A stretch of 63,822 bases of DNA, filler included, from Choristocarpus tenellus KU-1152 (taxonomy: Eukaryota; Protista; Phaeophyceae), in NCBI GenBank assembly GCA_964200185.2. It is 10 parts of 10 records of this genome, joined end to end, with 100 filler letters (N's around TTAATTAATTAA, not from the genome) between each part and the next. Parts side by side here need not be neighbours in the genome. Positions count along the whole stretch, not along the records: positions 24,803 to 37,076 come from CAXNAD020001896.1; positions 37,177 to 40,946 come from CAXNAD020018023.1; 8 more parts are not named here. One strand, 5' to 3'. Numbering within the stretch: position 1 is the first letter of the stretch; every line of letters starts with the position of its first letter. Below the pieces are notes generated by a model. That model was not told where the DNA came from and did not search any database. It was given only the letters and a program-made list of their open reading frames with translations. A program made the position numbers and the translations under genes. Positions 25,401 to 39,803 of the stretch are shown piece after piece.

Positions 25401-27505
25401 GTATCCTGAATCGACCACCCGAGCACTCCATCATAACCCAAAAAAACAAAACAAAAGCAGCGTGATTGATAAGTGGCATATCTCATCCATGACATTGACG
25501 GTTCACAGGAAAAATTATACAAAGCACTCCAAACTAGGCTGTCAGTCCCCCTTTCAACTGCTCTCCCTCTATCTCTTCCTTCCCATCCAGTTGAGGTATC
25601 TCAAGTCGTATATATACTCACAGGGCTGCAGATAGCAGGGATAGCAGTGGCATTAGTCCCATAGCCCATGTTGAAAACCACACAGTCTTCCTTACCAAGA
25701 AAGCGAGCCACCAGCTTTTCCAGGTCCTTGTGGCGACTGGTGGTGCCTATGGAACCGGACCCCCCCCCCCCACACACACACACATACAAGAGGCAGAGTT
25801 ACACCGGTGATTAGAGAAAGTCAGGGGCAGGGAGATGAATCTTAAGTCACAAAAAAAAGTTATGCTTTGCCCCAAAGGAGAGGTTAGATTTAAACATAAA
25901 AAAGGGGGTTAAGGACACACATGGGGTTGGTTGACAGTACCACGATATAACCAGGAGGCCAACGAAAACGATAAAGAAGGCCTTCTCAAAGTCCAAACAA
26001 TGACACTCCTGTCTTACACAACATACATCCCAAGTGATACACACATAAAACTCACCGTAGTCATGCCTATTGATTGCACACCCCACAGGGAGTTTGTCCA
26101 AGACAGGCATGACATTGTCCATGCAAGTTTCTCTCCAGTCGTCCGCGAATCCAAGATAGTTGTAAGACCCAAGGTTTGTCATCCACTTGGTATTATTCGT
26201 CAGACTTCGGAGGTTACCACCACCACACACGAAAAAAGGGCATAGGTTCACACAGCATAGGTCAGGGAAAATTTGGAGGTTTGGGAAGAGGGATGAGGCC
26301 ATGGTGCGGAAACATATCTGTGAACGGGTCAAGCCGTGGGTATATTCTATCACAAGAAGGACGAAGTTCTTCCATGCAGGCAATTCTTGTCATATTCCCC
26401 AAACCGGGATCAGACCTTTAGTTTGGCACAGCAATCACACCATCACAAATGTAAAAGTATCTACTTGAAAATGTATGTTTATACTTCAATTCCTTACACT
26501 GCTACACAAGCAAAGGAGCATTTTTTTTCACAGGGACAAGGAGCAAAAGGTAGATAAATCAAATTAGAAAATGACTTATTTTAACACTGTGATCATAGAA
26601 TTTTAACAATTTTACTAGACAAAGTCTTTCAAATATATATAAACAAAATATATAAATAAAGGACTTACTTTCTTGTGAACTGTTCCCTAAACCTTTGAAA
26701 GCACTCAGACGACTGCTAACAAATGGGATAATGTCTCACAAACTTAAGATATTGCCTTTTTTAAAGGTTTTCAAAAGAGTAATCAAAAAGCAGAACACAC
26801 TGCATAATTAAAGGATCTCGCTGTTTCGAAGGAAAATAACTTCTTCTCCAAAGCACCTCATTCACCTCAACATTTCACTCCATTACGTAACATTTCCAAT
26901 TCAACTTAGAAAAAGTATTAAGACTCAAGATATCCATAGTAGTTCTACCTAGCAGAAATTCAAACAATAGGTTAATTCCTTACAAAATCACCTCTCCAAT
27001 CCCAACTCCCTCAACACCATTTTCCTATCAAAACAACAAACCATCAACACAGCAAACTCTCTTCACCTATTACCACATACAAACATTCCTTTATTTTCCT
27101 ATACCGAAAAAAGAGTACTTTTCTTGTTTTAAGCCAAAAAATAGTTGGGGGGAGGGGGAGGCAGGGACCCCTTCCTGCATCTCCACTTGCCTCTTAAAGT
27201 CAGAATACTGCATTAACACACACCTGAGAGTCCTCATACCATCCTTGCTCTCCCTCTCCATCACCTCGATCTTTCCACCTGGTGCACTGCAGATCGGTCG
27301 ATTCCAGCAGTCCTAAATACAAAGATTTTCAATAATATTAAAATTATGATAAAAAAATAGTAAAGCAATAGGAAGGATAAAAATATCCAGTACAAACAAA
27401 ACAAAATTCAACCGCTTCTTGGTTTCATTGCATGGGTCAAAACATAGAAGCCTTCCATACACTACCAAGTTGCTACAATCCGATAGGCAAAACACAACTT
27501 GATAC

Positions 27506-27545
<40 letters not shown>

Positions 27546-30500
27546 TCTACAACAAGACTTCATCCCTCCACAATCTCAGTAAATTCTTTTAAATATCATA
27601 TGCATGCACCAATCACGATTGTTTTACCCAGAACGTCTAAAAACATGCTCTCAATACTCCCTAGGGTGGGGGCCGGGGGAGGCAAAACAAGGACCGCCAT
27701 GCTTGCCAAGATGACAGCATTCTACACCACCTGAAAAATAATATTTCTGAGACGCCTCACGTTCTGAACAAAAGTCGTCAGGGAAACGCCTCTGAAAAGG
27801 CACAAGGTTGCCCAGTGACACGACGTACTCAAAGAGAATGGAAGGAGCATTAGGACGTGCTTGTGCACAAATCTATTCTACGTGAATGAGGGTCATCACA
27901 ACATGCAATTATAGGGAGTCCTTGCCCATTCTATACAGTTGGAAGCTATCTATGCTCACTTGAATACGATGGTACAGTCTTCGAGTGAAGAAGTTCTCCC
28001 AGCTCTTGAAGAGCGGGGCATAGCCCTCCACCACCTTGACGTCGTCGAGGTACCGAGACCTTCGGAAAAATCTGATGATGTTCCCGTTAAGGTAGAGGGC
28101 AATAAAGAAACAACACAAAGCAACGCAGCAAGAGCAAAGGACAAACGGGTACACAAGAAACAAATTATATTAGCAGGGAGACAACGACTTTCGAAGGTAG
28201 GAGCATGGGAGGAGAACAGGGCAAATGCGGTCTCATGGGGTGTCAACAGACAAAGGTATGATATTTGTACGGTAGAAAAATATTGGCACGGGGGGGGGGG
28301 GGGGGGGGGGCAAGAAAAAGGGGGGGGGATTGAAGGAACAAGGGAGGGAAAAGGAAGAGAAAAAAAACCCCAAACAAAAAAAAGGAGGTTTCTCCAAGAT
28401 AGAAAATATTAGGCAGCAGCAGGCCTTCACAAATTTACACGAGCTGAAATTGGAGAAAGGGACTTTTCAACCAGCAGTGCTAATTGGTAAAAACCCCTGT
28501 CATCAATTGTGCACGCGCACACACATTGTCTTTTCATTGTTTAGCAGTGACTTTTTTTTCCTCTGGGCTGTCTCAGGCATGGTGAAGAAACCCTAGCCCC
28601 CCCAAATCTCGGAGTCAACGTAGTGCTGTGATCTATGGTTGTAATAAAAAAATAAAAAGAGAAGGAATTGTAGAGACCAATTACAATACCAGGCCTTTCA
28701 GAAACGCACCAAGAAATACAACTCCGCACCAGTTCATAATGAGACAAAAAAAACAAAAAAGAAGATACCAAATCTGGAAAACAAGCGAAAATAAAACACC
28801 ATGACAAGTTGAATTTGAAGTTGAATTTGGAAGAAGTGATTTGAATCAAGAGGACTTGATGAGGGTAACAATAGCACGGTTCAAAAGCGAGGCGTGGAAG
28901 GTGTTCAGAGATAACACAAGAACCAATAAACTTCAGTAAAGTTTGCAGCACACACACCAAGTGGGAAGCAATGCTCTGGAACTAATCAAATTAACCCAGT
29001 TGGCTTCAACGAACATCATTCTTTGTTCTCACTAAAGCACATTGATTCATTACACTGAAAATAAGCATTATTTCCAGCATACTAGGTTTAAAAAAAATAG
29101 CAGCAAATCACTTCCCACGGGTCTCTAGTAAAAGACATCGAAGAGATTACATACGTCAATTTCCAAGCCCATACCTTTCACCCCACTCATCTCATCAGAC
29201 ATTTGACCACACCTTGAAACTCCTCAACCTCTCCACCCAGTCATAACTTAAAACCAAAGATCCCCTTTGACATACATCAATTTAGTACCTAATACCTTGA
29301 GTTGGCATTGGACATTGCCCATGAAAAGGGCCCTACTGTTTCTTGACCATGGCCACAAAAAAAAATCAATTAACACTGATGGTTTGGGCTTAATAATAGT
29401 TTTGGTGGCTGCCTGAGGTAAAAAATTTGAACAAAATTTAACAACTTCTTGTCACAAAAATACTGATTAGTTGGACTGGTACTGGACATAGAATTGCTGA
29501 GGTTTCTTCCAGCATCGAACATACCATAGACTTAACACAATGCGCACAAAGAGTATCAGAACTTTTTTTGAATCATCATGCTTCAAGAGGATCCATATTT
29601 GAATCGACATGTTGTGGACTTTGAGTAAGGCACTAATCACACCAATGATCTAACCCCAACAATAAGTCTATATTCACACACATACGTGCTAAGCATGAAC
29701 AAAAATTATCACTGTTATTGAAAGTATTGAATGTTGTAATGTTGGTCCTGAGGAGTGTAAAACATTACACATTAATCCACTTGCAACTGCAAGTTGACAA
29801 TCAAATGGACAGTGCAGTCCTTACGCAGGGGAACATTATCTGGCAATTGTGGCATAAGTATTAGGGTGTACACAAACTAGACACATTGAACAATCAATAC
29901 CTAGTCACGACTTCGATACAAAAGAGAATGCGATACAAAAACAGAAGTCTTCAAAAAGCACTTCTCATCAGTAAGTACAACGAGGCAAAGACAGCAAACA
30001 CTATCAACAAACTTGACATCCTTGCTCCAGAACAGTTGATTTTTAAAGTTCTGTCCAGTGTTTTCCAAAATAATCATGTTCACCAAAACAACTGCTGCCC
30101 AAACCTTAAGTGCCACCAATGACATTCCCACACTGCAACCAATGTGCAACAAGCCAGCTTTCAACTGTTCATTCTCACTCTCCACACCCAGGGGTGTATG
30201 CAATACCTCACCTGCCAAGGAAGTCTCGTAGGTTGCCAATGACAATAACCACCACGAAGGTAAAGTATGTTGTCATTGTGGCAAACCATGTGATGCTTGG
30301 CTCCTCCTTACGCCCAGGGTAACTTCGATGTGTATGTAAGATCAGACAAGAAGTCAACATTAGCTCAATGAAACAAGGAGAGGGGGAAATGTCACTATAC
30401 AAGGCTCCTGCAAAAAGTGGAATGAGAGATCATTTCTAGCAGAAAGCCAGGCAGGGGTGAGGAAGGGGTCAAGGGTAACAAACTCCTCCAATGGACTGCC

Positions 30501-30787
30501 CAACAAAGAAGGGTAGAATATGACGTTCTATATTCAGGTTAAGAGATCTTACTACGCTAACATTTTACGTAGCATTTTCATACAGCATGCCATGTCCACG
30601 TGCTGAATACCCCCTCCAGGACTCACGTTTCCGGTCCATCGACCACCATAAAAGGATTTTTGGTGGGCCGACGTGTGCTCTCCAATCCGTTGACACCCTT
30701 TCCTGCCTTGCCCATGTTGAGATCCGTCATGCTAACGCCGTTCTTGGCCGAACTGGTTTCGTTGATTCCATTATTTTTGCATGGCAT
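24960..30787 (-). CDS. LCB2: Serine palmitoyltransferase, LCB2/SPTLC2-type subunit (first 7 exons; 3' part lost at contig end)
   Basis: Exons 30787-30627, 30322-30212, 28071-27960, 27312-27224, 26204-26056, 25746-25622, 25073-24960, all GT-AG with compatible phases. Motifs: [88 protein letters not shown]. Confidence 0.95.
25361..25397. repeat. (AG)n microsatellite in an LCB2 intron
   Basis: Perfect AG run. Confidence 0.95.
27508..27540. repeat. (AC)n microsatellite in an LCB2 intron
   Basis: Perfect AC run. Confidence 0.95.
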
Positions 30788-32214
30788 TGTGGCCGCCTTC
30801 GAGGGAGAAAACGCACGTTGCGTTAAATTCTTGAGAGAGTTGGAATGAGTAGGTGGAGAGAGAAAACTCACTGCATACTCCACCAAGCAACTTGAGGCTT
30901 GTTACACAAAACACCCTTCTTCGATTTAGATGAGCGCAATTTATGCTACATCAAATAAATCTGTTTATAATAGGTTGTCTCCGTTTGGTGTGGTTATGCG
31001 TAATAACCCAGCCTCCAGACCAATAGGTGCAAATAGTCACAAAAGAAACGAAGGATTTGATGGACATAGACCCTCCACTCAGTCCAGTCCAACACATGGA
31101 GCGTGTGACAGCCTATACCAGTATTGATCCCACTTTTTGTGACCGAGTATAGAATTTCGTTAGTGTTGATTGGAGTTGGACTTGTTGTAGGAAAATTCAA
31201 GCTACCCTGACGACACAAGTTGTTCCCATAACGAATAGAATTGTTTTTGTCTTGCGTTAAGTCAAACGAGACATCTTCAACAGAAACCAGCCCCTTAGCT
31301 CAATTTCCACTAGAATAAGCTTCCACTGACCTTGGCACTGATTTCTCCTTCCGTAACGGTACACATGTCGACGGGATGCCCTGAGCTGTGCGGGCGATTT
31401 TGATTCCACTCTAGCAGGAACTTCGGCTTGCACCGACCTGATTTCGTGTCGATGTCCGCGATCTACGCACCTTCCCTACCTCTCACCAGCAAGTTGCTAC
31501 TTCCTTGACTTTCAATTAGTTTGCAATCTCCGTGACGGATCGCCTATTGTGTCTACGGCAAGCAAACAAGGACAGCGAAGGTTGGACAGTGGATGTGGAT
31601 GAATCTGTTAATTTTTGTTTTGACAGGCGCCAGAGAGACGAACGCCTCTTAAAATAAGAACATTTGAAAAATATTTCAACGCGCGATTTACTTTGTCCAT
31701 AATATCCAAACATAGAAATACAGACCTGCGCGCGATTGACAGATCGCGGATCAATTAAATTGACGAACAGGTTTCGTTCGAGTTTGATGATTGGCTCGAT
31801 AATATATGGTTCAACTTCATATTCTTACGTAAGTAACCAAACGTCCAAGGATTGTCGGTTAAGTGGTGTGGGGTGCGTTAAGGATGAGGTCGAGGTATTA
31901 TTTCACGGTTGGTGGTTGGGTGGCGTAGTGTGGTTCGCGGGTCTTAGCCACCCGTAACCATCAAGGGGAGCTTATTTCAAGCAACACAACAAACTCAATG
32001 AGGAATGAGGAATAATGTATCGAGGAGCATTCCAGTTTAGATGTGGACATCATCAATTGCTATGGGATAGGATCAATAGGGGTATTGTATGAATCCTGAA
32101 ATGAGTGCCGTTTCGGTTTGCTTTAAGACTAGCTGTTTCCAGATTTCACTACAGATAATGAGTGAGTTCTTTTTGGGGCCACACACCTGTTCGAGCACCG
32201 AGGAAAGAATGTCA

Positions 32215-32455
32215 CTAGAAAGGCATGGAGGGTAGGAGTTTTGCCCTGTTTGTCCGTTTGGGGCTTATTTCCCGCGTGGTTTTTATTCTGTGAAAACCCA
32301 GTTACATAAAATGTGTAAGACTACGAAAGGTGCGTCAGGATTAAGGGTATTGACACACTTGCTAACAAGCACAATAGTCAAAATTCATCAAAATCTCAAC
32401 ATTGGGTTTTGACCCCCAAATGGACGCGGCTCTACCCTCTTAAATGCTTTGACTC
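32215..32455. mobile_element. MITE family A, diverged subfamily copy
   Basis: GAGGGTAGGAGTTTTGCCCTGTTTGTCCGTTTGGGG ... GGACGCGGCTCTACCCTCTTAAATGCTTTGACTC; left TIR eroded. Confidence 0.8.
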
Positions 32456-32566
32456 TGAAACTCTACCCGCATTCGCTCCACTCCTGACTAGGACATTGGT
32501 AGCCCGAACTCTTTGGTTCTTCTATCGCTGCTAGTAGTAATCTCCTCGATCCTTAAATTTCGTTAG

Positions 32567-32783
32567 GACCCAAAGCATTTAAGATCGTAGGAGTTTTGTC
32601 CTGTCTTCCGTTTTTTATGGCATTTTTCGGTTTTCTGTGTGAACACAGTTACCTGAAATGTATACGGATATGAAAGGTTTGTCCGGAGCAATGATATTGA
32701 CACTTCCCAAAATTCATCAAAATCGTAATATTGGATTTATGATCCCGAATGAACGCGGCCCTAACCTCTTAAATGCTTGACTC
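32567..32783. mobile_element. MITE family A, diverged subfamily copy
   Basis: CAAAGCATTTAAGA...GGAGTTTTGTCCTGT ... CCTCTTAAATGCTTGACTC. Confidence 0.75.
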
Positions 32784-34776
32784 TAACCATCTTTCCCTTC
32801 ACCATTACCACGCTCCCCATAGCTACATCTGTTACATGCATCTTGTCTCCTATACCAGTACGGAATTTGCTTGTCCTGTCACAGCTACCATACGCTAGGG
32901 CCCTGTTGAGGATCATGGAGAAAATAGTGGGGTGATGGTTGATGTTGACTGGTACTCCCAATTGTGCTAACTTTCAGCAGATCTCGAATTGCTAGGAATC
33001 GTGTTTTTGATTCTAAAGTAATTGGCAATATTGGTGGGGTCGATGCATAGCACCAATATTTCCCCCCAGATCTTTCTTGCTACTCTTTCCATATCTCTCT
33101 TGACCTTACATGCTACTATTATGACCTTAGCCACCTGTCATTACAACATTTATCTGCATTCTCCCCCCTTGTCTACGATCCCCTTAACGTTTGCTCTTTC
33201 GTTGACCCCTGGTATAGTAACGTGTCCTCCCCATATGAATCCATGGTTGGGTTAATGGTTGACCTGTATTCCGCCCACTTCTCCTTTTCTTTATTTTCAC
33301 CCCTTACTCCTGCCCTAACTTGCAAACCCTCTCAATATTAAAATTCTTTGTTTCTACTGGACTGATGCATTTCATTAGCCTTCACCTTCCTTCGTCCCTA
33401 CTAGGCAAACATATTGCGATGGCCCTTCATCTTCCTCCACCCCTACTAGACAGGTGCTAATCACTCTCCTAATTTCCTTCGAGGGCTCATGTTCTTACCC
33501 TACTGTCTTTCCTCCCGTGGTTCTCCATCTCCATACCCATACCTCTTATTCTTCACCGGAGGTTCATTGATATTCTCCCTGGTTCTGTCCTTGGATCTGA
33601 GCACACAGGAAGATGTTGCAACAGATACCCAGGAGAGGAAAGAGTGTATGTTCTTTCAACGCATAGACTCAAACACAGCAACACAAATGAAGCACAGACA
33701 AAACTCCCACCTCAGTACCCTCTGGTTGCATTGATGAAATTGTGTATCCTGCAGCTTTCATCACCAACGTCTTCCACCTATCTCCGATACACGAGCAAAC
33801 GACACCTTCACGTTGACAGTAGTACTGGAGTTGGGGCCAACACTAATTAAATATACTTTGTCGGCAATGCTAGTGATTCGAGGTATATATCTCTAATAAC
33901 TTTGTAGACACCTGCTCTAAACCTAGTAGAGTCCCATCCCTCTTCCTAAACAGAAGTCCACATTAAGCAGGTTTCACATAACCCTGTTTTTATTCATGGC
34001 ATTGCACCGTCCCACCCTGTCCATTCCCCACCCCTTCAACAGAACACAAAATTTTCTCATTCCTATATTGTAAGCGAAACAGTACGTGAGTGCACGTGCC
34101 CCATCTTGTTCATTGCCTCCTACACTTTCGCAAGCACAACGCATTCACTGACCACTATGATAAAGCTCTGCAGTACATACACGCAGAGGCAATCTGCCCT
34201 CCACTCTATGGTTACAACCCTTCAAGAGTGGAAGTCCAACCTCATCCCCCTTACCCCTGTCATACACACATTAAAGACAACATCCAACCAGTCAATTCTA
34301 TCCACATTACTGTAACAATATTGTTTTCCCCCAGAGTACTCCTTGAATGGAGTGATCGGTAGTATGGGGGTCGGAGCACTTTATACGAGGGCATTGCATA
34401 TAGGGAAAGGGGCAAAGGTAGAAATTCAAGCATTCTATCTGATGATGAGAGGAGGAGAAAGAGAAATAGTGCTATAACCCACATAATATATAAAGGAATA
34501 CGTGAATATAATGATTTTCTGTACTTCACAGGTAAAATTTGACAATCAGACCACGGTAGAGATTGTAATATGTGGAGTTAGGTGGAATTTAATCATCATT
34601 AAATATTTAGGGTTAGAGTTAGGTTAGATAACCAACATTAGCATATGATGTTGAATAAAGTTTTATACGGAGTTAGGTTGAATATCATCATTAAATATTT
34701 AGGGAGGATATTTGTAATAGTACTTTTTGTAGATACGTAATATAGATTTAGGCGACGTCAAGAGCCAACCCATAAT

Positions 34777-35033
34777 GAGTGAAAGTATCTTAGAGGGTAG
34801 AGTCGCGTCCATTTTTCGGCCAAAATCCGATGTTGAAATTTTTATGTAATTTTGGCTATCGTGTTTGTTAGGAAGTAGTGTCAATATCCTTGTTCCAGAC
34901 ACACATTTTCATAACATACAGATTTTACCTACTCGGAAGTAGATAAAATGTTATTTTTTTTAAACGTGGGAAGCCAAAACCTAAATAATGGACAAACAGG
35001 GCAAAACTCCCACCTTCTCTAATACTTTAATTC
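34777..35033. mobile_element. MITE family A
   Basis: GAGTGAAAGTATCTTAGAGGGTAG at left, eroded right TIR, TAAT on both flanks. Confidence 0.88.
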
Positions 35034-35424
35034 TAATCATAGTTACAATAGATATGTTATTTTTTTGCCCACTCATTTACTAAGCATTATAGAGAATCAA
35101 AAATGAGTGGTAAAACCTCAGCTGAAGTCTCTCATTTTTGTCGAACAAAACAAAATATACTTTTTTTGTTCCTTATAGCGATCAATCAGAGAAGGCATTC
35201 GTATTTACATATCATTTTCACCCTTCTGATTCCATGTATAAAATATGATGCCCTCTGACATTATGTAGATGTGTCAGGGGAAAAATCAATTCAAGGTCAT
35301 AAGGAAAGGTAACAGTTATGTAAATGTGTAAACATATCTATCCAAAGTCTATTTTCTATTTCACTACCAGCTACAATACACCAACCCCATAAAAGCTTGC
35401 AATCACAATGTGATGTGAACACTA

Positions 35425-35592
35425 CTGCTATGCCTCTAACCTTTCTTGGTCCTACACCACAGGGCGAGGAGCTAGGGAGGCATCCCAAGAATCTGACAGG
35501 CTCCTCCTCCTTGCCCGTCTCCCTGATGCCTCCAGCTTAAAACGCACCGTCGCTTATGTAGTGATAGACACTACTTTTCGTAAACGGGGTTT
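35425..35592 (-). repeat. Dispersed repeat family D copy (inverted)
   Basis: GCGAGGAGCTAGGGAGGCATCCCAAGAATCT...CCTTGCCC...AGCTTAAAAC is the reverse complement of the ~7655-7730 core. Confidence 0.75.
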
Positions 35593-37176
35593 AACCGTTC
35601 CTATATCTACAATAGCTGACCCTATAAATGGCCTCGAAAAGAGTCTTAAGACCCACTCTTACCAATATCAAAAAAAGTGCAAGAAGTTTTTTTAATCTCA
35701 CTATTTGGGTTTTGTGTGGACTTTATAGACACCCAAGTATAGGGACCAAGTACAAACTTGCCAAGGGTAGATAGCTGGCTGTATGGGTAAGGAGGTTCTC
35801 ACCAGACAGCGAAGTGCGAGATTTTATCATTTTTCCATTTATCATGCCGACAGGCACTTTTTACTGCTGCTTGCCTTTACTGCCCCCCAGTGCTATACAC
35901 AGGTAGGTGAATATCCCTTGGGGATATTTGAACCTACTTCCTGCTACGCAAATTGGACACTCCCTAATAGTGCATCGCAGTTCCTTTTTTTGTTTTTTCT
36001 CGTTGGATATATTTGGAAATGAATGGGGTATCTTTTGAAGGGATACATGTATGCGTGTGTGCTATTCGTGGGAGAATCATTGACACAGAGTCGAACCAAG
36101 TGAGATGTTGAGCAGGTTTGGACCATTTTGCATTATAAGCCATCTTTATTACCTTGTGCAATACACTCTAATTCATTTGCTTTATGTACATAGCAGTGTA
36201 CGCAAAATTGAGAGTCCTCCTTCTCACTCAGAGAGAGAAACCACAATTAAGCAAAAGCTATTTCTGTAATTGTATAAAATGGTATATTGTTGCCTTTCTC
36301 GGGATCCTTAAAATGCAACCCCACCCACCTCTCAATTAATTTGGCTCACACGAGGACAGTATGATGCACGACCTCCCAACAATGTGTCGAATAACCTAGT
36401 TTCTCAACACAATGTCATCAGTATTCCATTTGCGAGAGAAGGGGTGGTGTGCGAGAGTGGATTTCGGTGGGGTAGTGGACTGGGGAAGGTAGGTACAACT
36501 AATAAGTTCTTGGAATTTCCTTTCTAAGGTATGTTCCTGCAAGACTACATTATTTGTGTCGAGTTTTACTACTGGTCTTGCTGTGTTGCATGTATGTCTG
36601 TTTTTCGTGAGAAACAGTGCATTTCAGAGGATCGCAATAGAGACAAGACTGTAACTAGGAGTACGGTTTTTATTGGCTTGGTGTTTTTTTATTGACAGTC
36701 CGCGTGTGACTGACTATAAAATAAACTATTTCATGTCAATTGTAGATTATAACACAGTGTGGAAGGGACACACCCACATATATATGTAATTATGTTTTCT
36801 GTCGCTTTGCGTATGCGTCAGGAGATGGAGAAGACCAAAATCTAATCTGTGCATCATATATATACTACTATATATATGAGAGTGGTCACTTCAAAAGACT
36901 TCTTCCAAAAAGATAAAGCCGAAGTTCCACACAAGGTCCCACGGGAGACTGTTCCCTATAGAGGAATGCCCATACTATACTATGACTCCAACCTAGCCCT
37001 ACCGAGGTGGGGAGGGAGTGAGAGGGAAGATTCCCATCTGCAAGGCCCCTACGTGCCCACCGACCAGATGTCTCCGNNNNNNNNNNNNNNNNNNNNNNNN
37101 NNNNNNNNNNNNNNNNNNNNTTAATTAATTAANNNNNNNNNNNNNNNNNNNNNNNNNNNNNNNNNNNNNNNNNNNN

Positions 37177-37267
37177 GGAAAAAAAAATTAAATGCCCCTT
37201 TTCTTTTTTTTGGCCCAAAGGGCCCCCCGGGGTTTTCCCCCCCCCCCCCCCCCAGATACTTTGGGCC
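37177..37267. mobile_element. MITE family C terminus at contig start
   Basis: Poly-C then CAGATACTTTGGGCC. Confidence 0.7.
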
Positions 37268-39803
37268 ATTTCTGCATGGATCTGGTCTTCCATGCAGGGG
37301 CACTTGCGGACGCCGGATCAGCCCCATACCGGGACAAAGGCCTCCTGCTTGATGTTACGTTTGCAGAAGTGCAGGCAACCTCCCACTTTCCCCACTCATC
37401 CACCAGCAATGGTGTAGCTGCTCCGCGAAAGCGCACCCACTAAGAGGGCTCTTTTGACACTTAGGAACAAAGGCATATGCAATGACCTTATTCGAGTCCT
37501 GCCAGACAGTTACCCTCCCATGAAAGCACCCTCCACCCCGAGTGGAATGGGCTTTGTCTGTTCCCCATAGATACCCCAGTCAACAAAGTGTGACACAAGG
37601 ACAAAAGAGAAGGAAACAAAGAAGAGTAGAACAAGTCAGAGTTTTCCAGCCTTTGGGAAGAGTGAGCAAGAGCACACTAGGAATGGTAAAAGGGAGGGGG
37701 AAATCGTTACATACGGATGAATGGGGCACAATTACCATACAGGATTAGGTTAAAATGAGGGGAGAGTCTTTCTATGACATGACCCTATTTCGACATGAAA
37801 ATGAAGAGATTTTTCGCAACATCGTTTCTATTGAACGTTAAAGTAAATGCAGAGTGAGTCCCTTGAGGTGCGAGCGTCACACTAGCATGTATACGTCGTC
37901 AGAACAAAAGTAGGAAGGGGGCTTCCTCCAGGTTTCCTCTTTTGCTGGATCCCCAACACTATCCGTTGACATTTTAGGACCTCCAAGTGACATTCATTTC
38001 ATTTCTGCGGTCAAAAAGACACATCACCTGCAAAACATCAACAGGTACAGCCCCAGATGCCGATCGTCACAGGCAACCCAGGTCTCTCTTCCATGATCAT
38101 GTTGCTCTTGTAGGCTCATTAGCACCTTCTCTCCCCTCCCTCCTAGTACACCAACAACACATCCCTGGCGAGGAAGTTGCTGCCGCTATCTGATCCAGAG
38201 CTACAATCCTGTTCCTTAGGGGAATCTATTTCATCCTTCCTCTTCTCTGCCGGGCTCCCTGTAGAGGACCTGGCTGTGATCATTTTTTAGGGGTGGGTAG
38301 ACTGGGGGGACACTTCCCCTCCAGGGAATCCCCTAGACGTCCACATACTGACTGCACATAACATAGGAGGATGACCAAGACGGCCCTGGGGAACAAGATT
38401 CCCTGCCTACTCAACCGAACCTGCTTCGACTCTTTTCGGTCCCAGGTAGCAAGACTTCCCACAAGACCCCCGACCTGGAAGGAGGCTTCTACAATTACTT
38501 TTAGCTCGGCACAGGAGCCAATTGTGGACAAGGGGGTTGCGGTTGGGCCTCAATCCAACTCCTCAAGCTACCTAGGCAGATACCTCCCCCAGAATTTTTC
38601 CTCATGGTGAACCTTTATTCAGGGGTAGAGGATGCACTTTCCAACGGGCTGCTTGGTGGAGAGATGTAGGAGGTAAGAGGTGCACACTGGCCATGCTCGT
38701 TCATGACCCAGAGGTGGCAGCCAACTACAGCAGCGCTCACCCATGGTCCGGCAACTGGGCAACATTTGCGAACAGGTCATGTCCCCTGGAACTTGGAGGA
38801 CATAGTTCCCTTCACAATTAATCGCAATTCCTGTGCGGGGATGTGCGATTTTCCGTGCAGTGACTCTCAAATGCAGCTACTGCCCCTTACAGGGAAAAGG
38901 AATTACTCCTGGTCGAGGTCTTTGCCGAGGTTTAAACAGATGCTGCGACCTCCCAAATTCATCCATCAACTATGACATTATTGTTGATAAAGGATATTTT
39001 GACCCTTACACTTTTTAACATCACCACACCTTCGTGGTAGAAAGCCTTTGGCATGTTGGTACACAGGCAGGATAGTTTCTAGATGATGAGCTACTAGCAA
39101 CTCATCATGTTGTGTAGATGATAGGAGTGTGTGGAGGGGTTTTATTAGCAAAGAAGGAGTGAAGGAAAGCCTACGTCAGATTGTTTAAGTTACTGCTCAA
39201 CTAGCAATCTTCAGATGAATGTTACGTTTCAAACTAGATAATTCCTAGTCGATGGATTAGGAGAGGCTTGAAACGGAGGAGTGGAATTCTTCCCTTAATT
39301 CTCATCTGCCTTATAGAATCAAGTCTAGGTATTGCTTTTTGTTGTTTTCTTGCCTATTGTTTCACATACGTTACAACTTTCATGTTTATGCTGGTATAGT
39401 AGTGGTTTTGTCCTGTGATTGTGTTAGAAGCAAGCCAATCGAGAGGTGGCCAGGGTTGTATCTTGAGAATTCTGAGAATGGGCAAAAACACGCTATTTTG
39501 TATAATTGTAGAAAAAAGCCTTTGCTGAATCGTGGTGTCATTTTGTGTGTGGAAAGGGGGAACATCTGTTTTACGTAGACTGAGTCAAAGTAAACGAGAG
39601 GTACCCAGAGTTGCATTTTAAGCATGCTGACAAATATTTGCACAATTCGGCTTTTTTTACAACTTTGTATAGGATATTTTCTTAATTGTGTAGGAAACGT
39701 TTCAAACAATAGAGAAAGAAACGCTCTCAATTAAACCTTGGAACTACATCCACAGAAATGTGGATGAATTACAGTAGGTTGTAAAACAGACTTAAATGCA
39801 GAA

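Noticed and set aside
15397-30787. Functional clustering of the HMG, LCB2, LRR, tRNA and JmjC-like genes
   Set aside because: Each lies on a different contig joined by artificial linkers; adjacency is unproven.
24960-30787. Viral (coccolithovirus-type) origin of the SPT
   Set aside because: It has at least six spliceosomal introns and ordinary eukaryotic LCB2 motifs.
34574-34704. TTAGGG-like runs here and at ~52981-52992 and ~62072-62085 as interstitial telomeres
   Set aside because: Only about two units each or degenerate; too short to support.
33600-36850. Scattered AG/GT-bounded segments as a plus-strand multi-exon gene
   Set aside because: I could not assemble a phase-consistent, recognisable protein.
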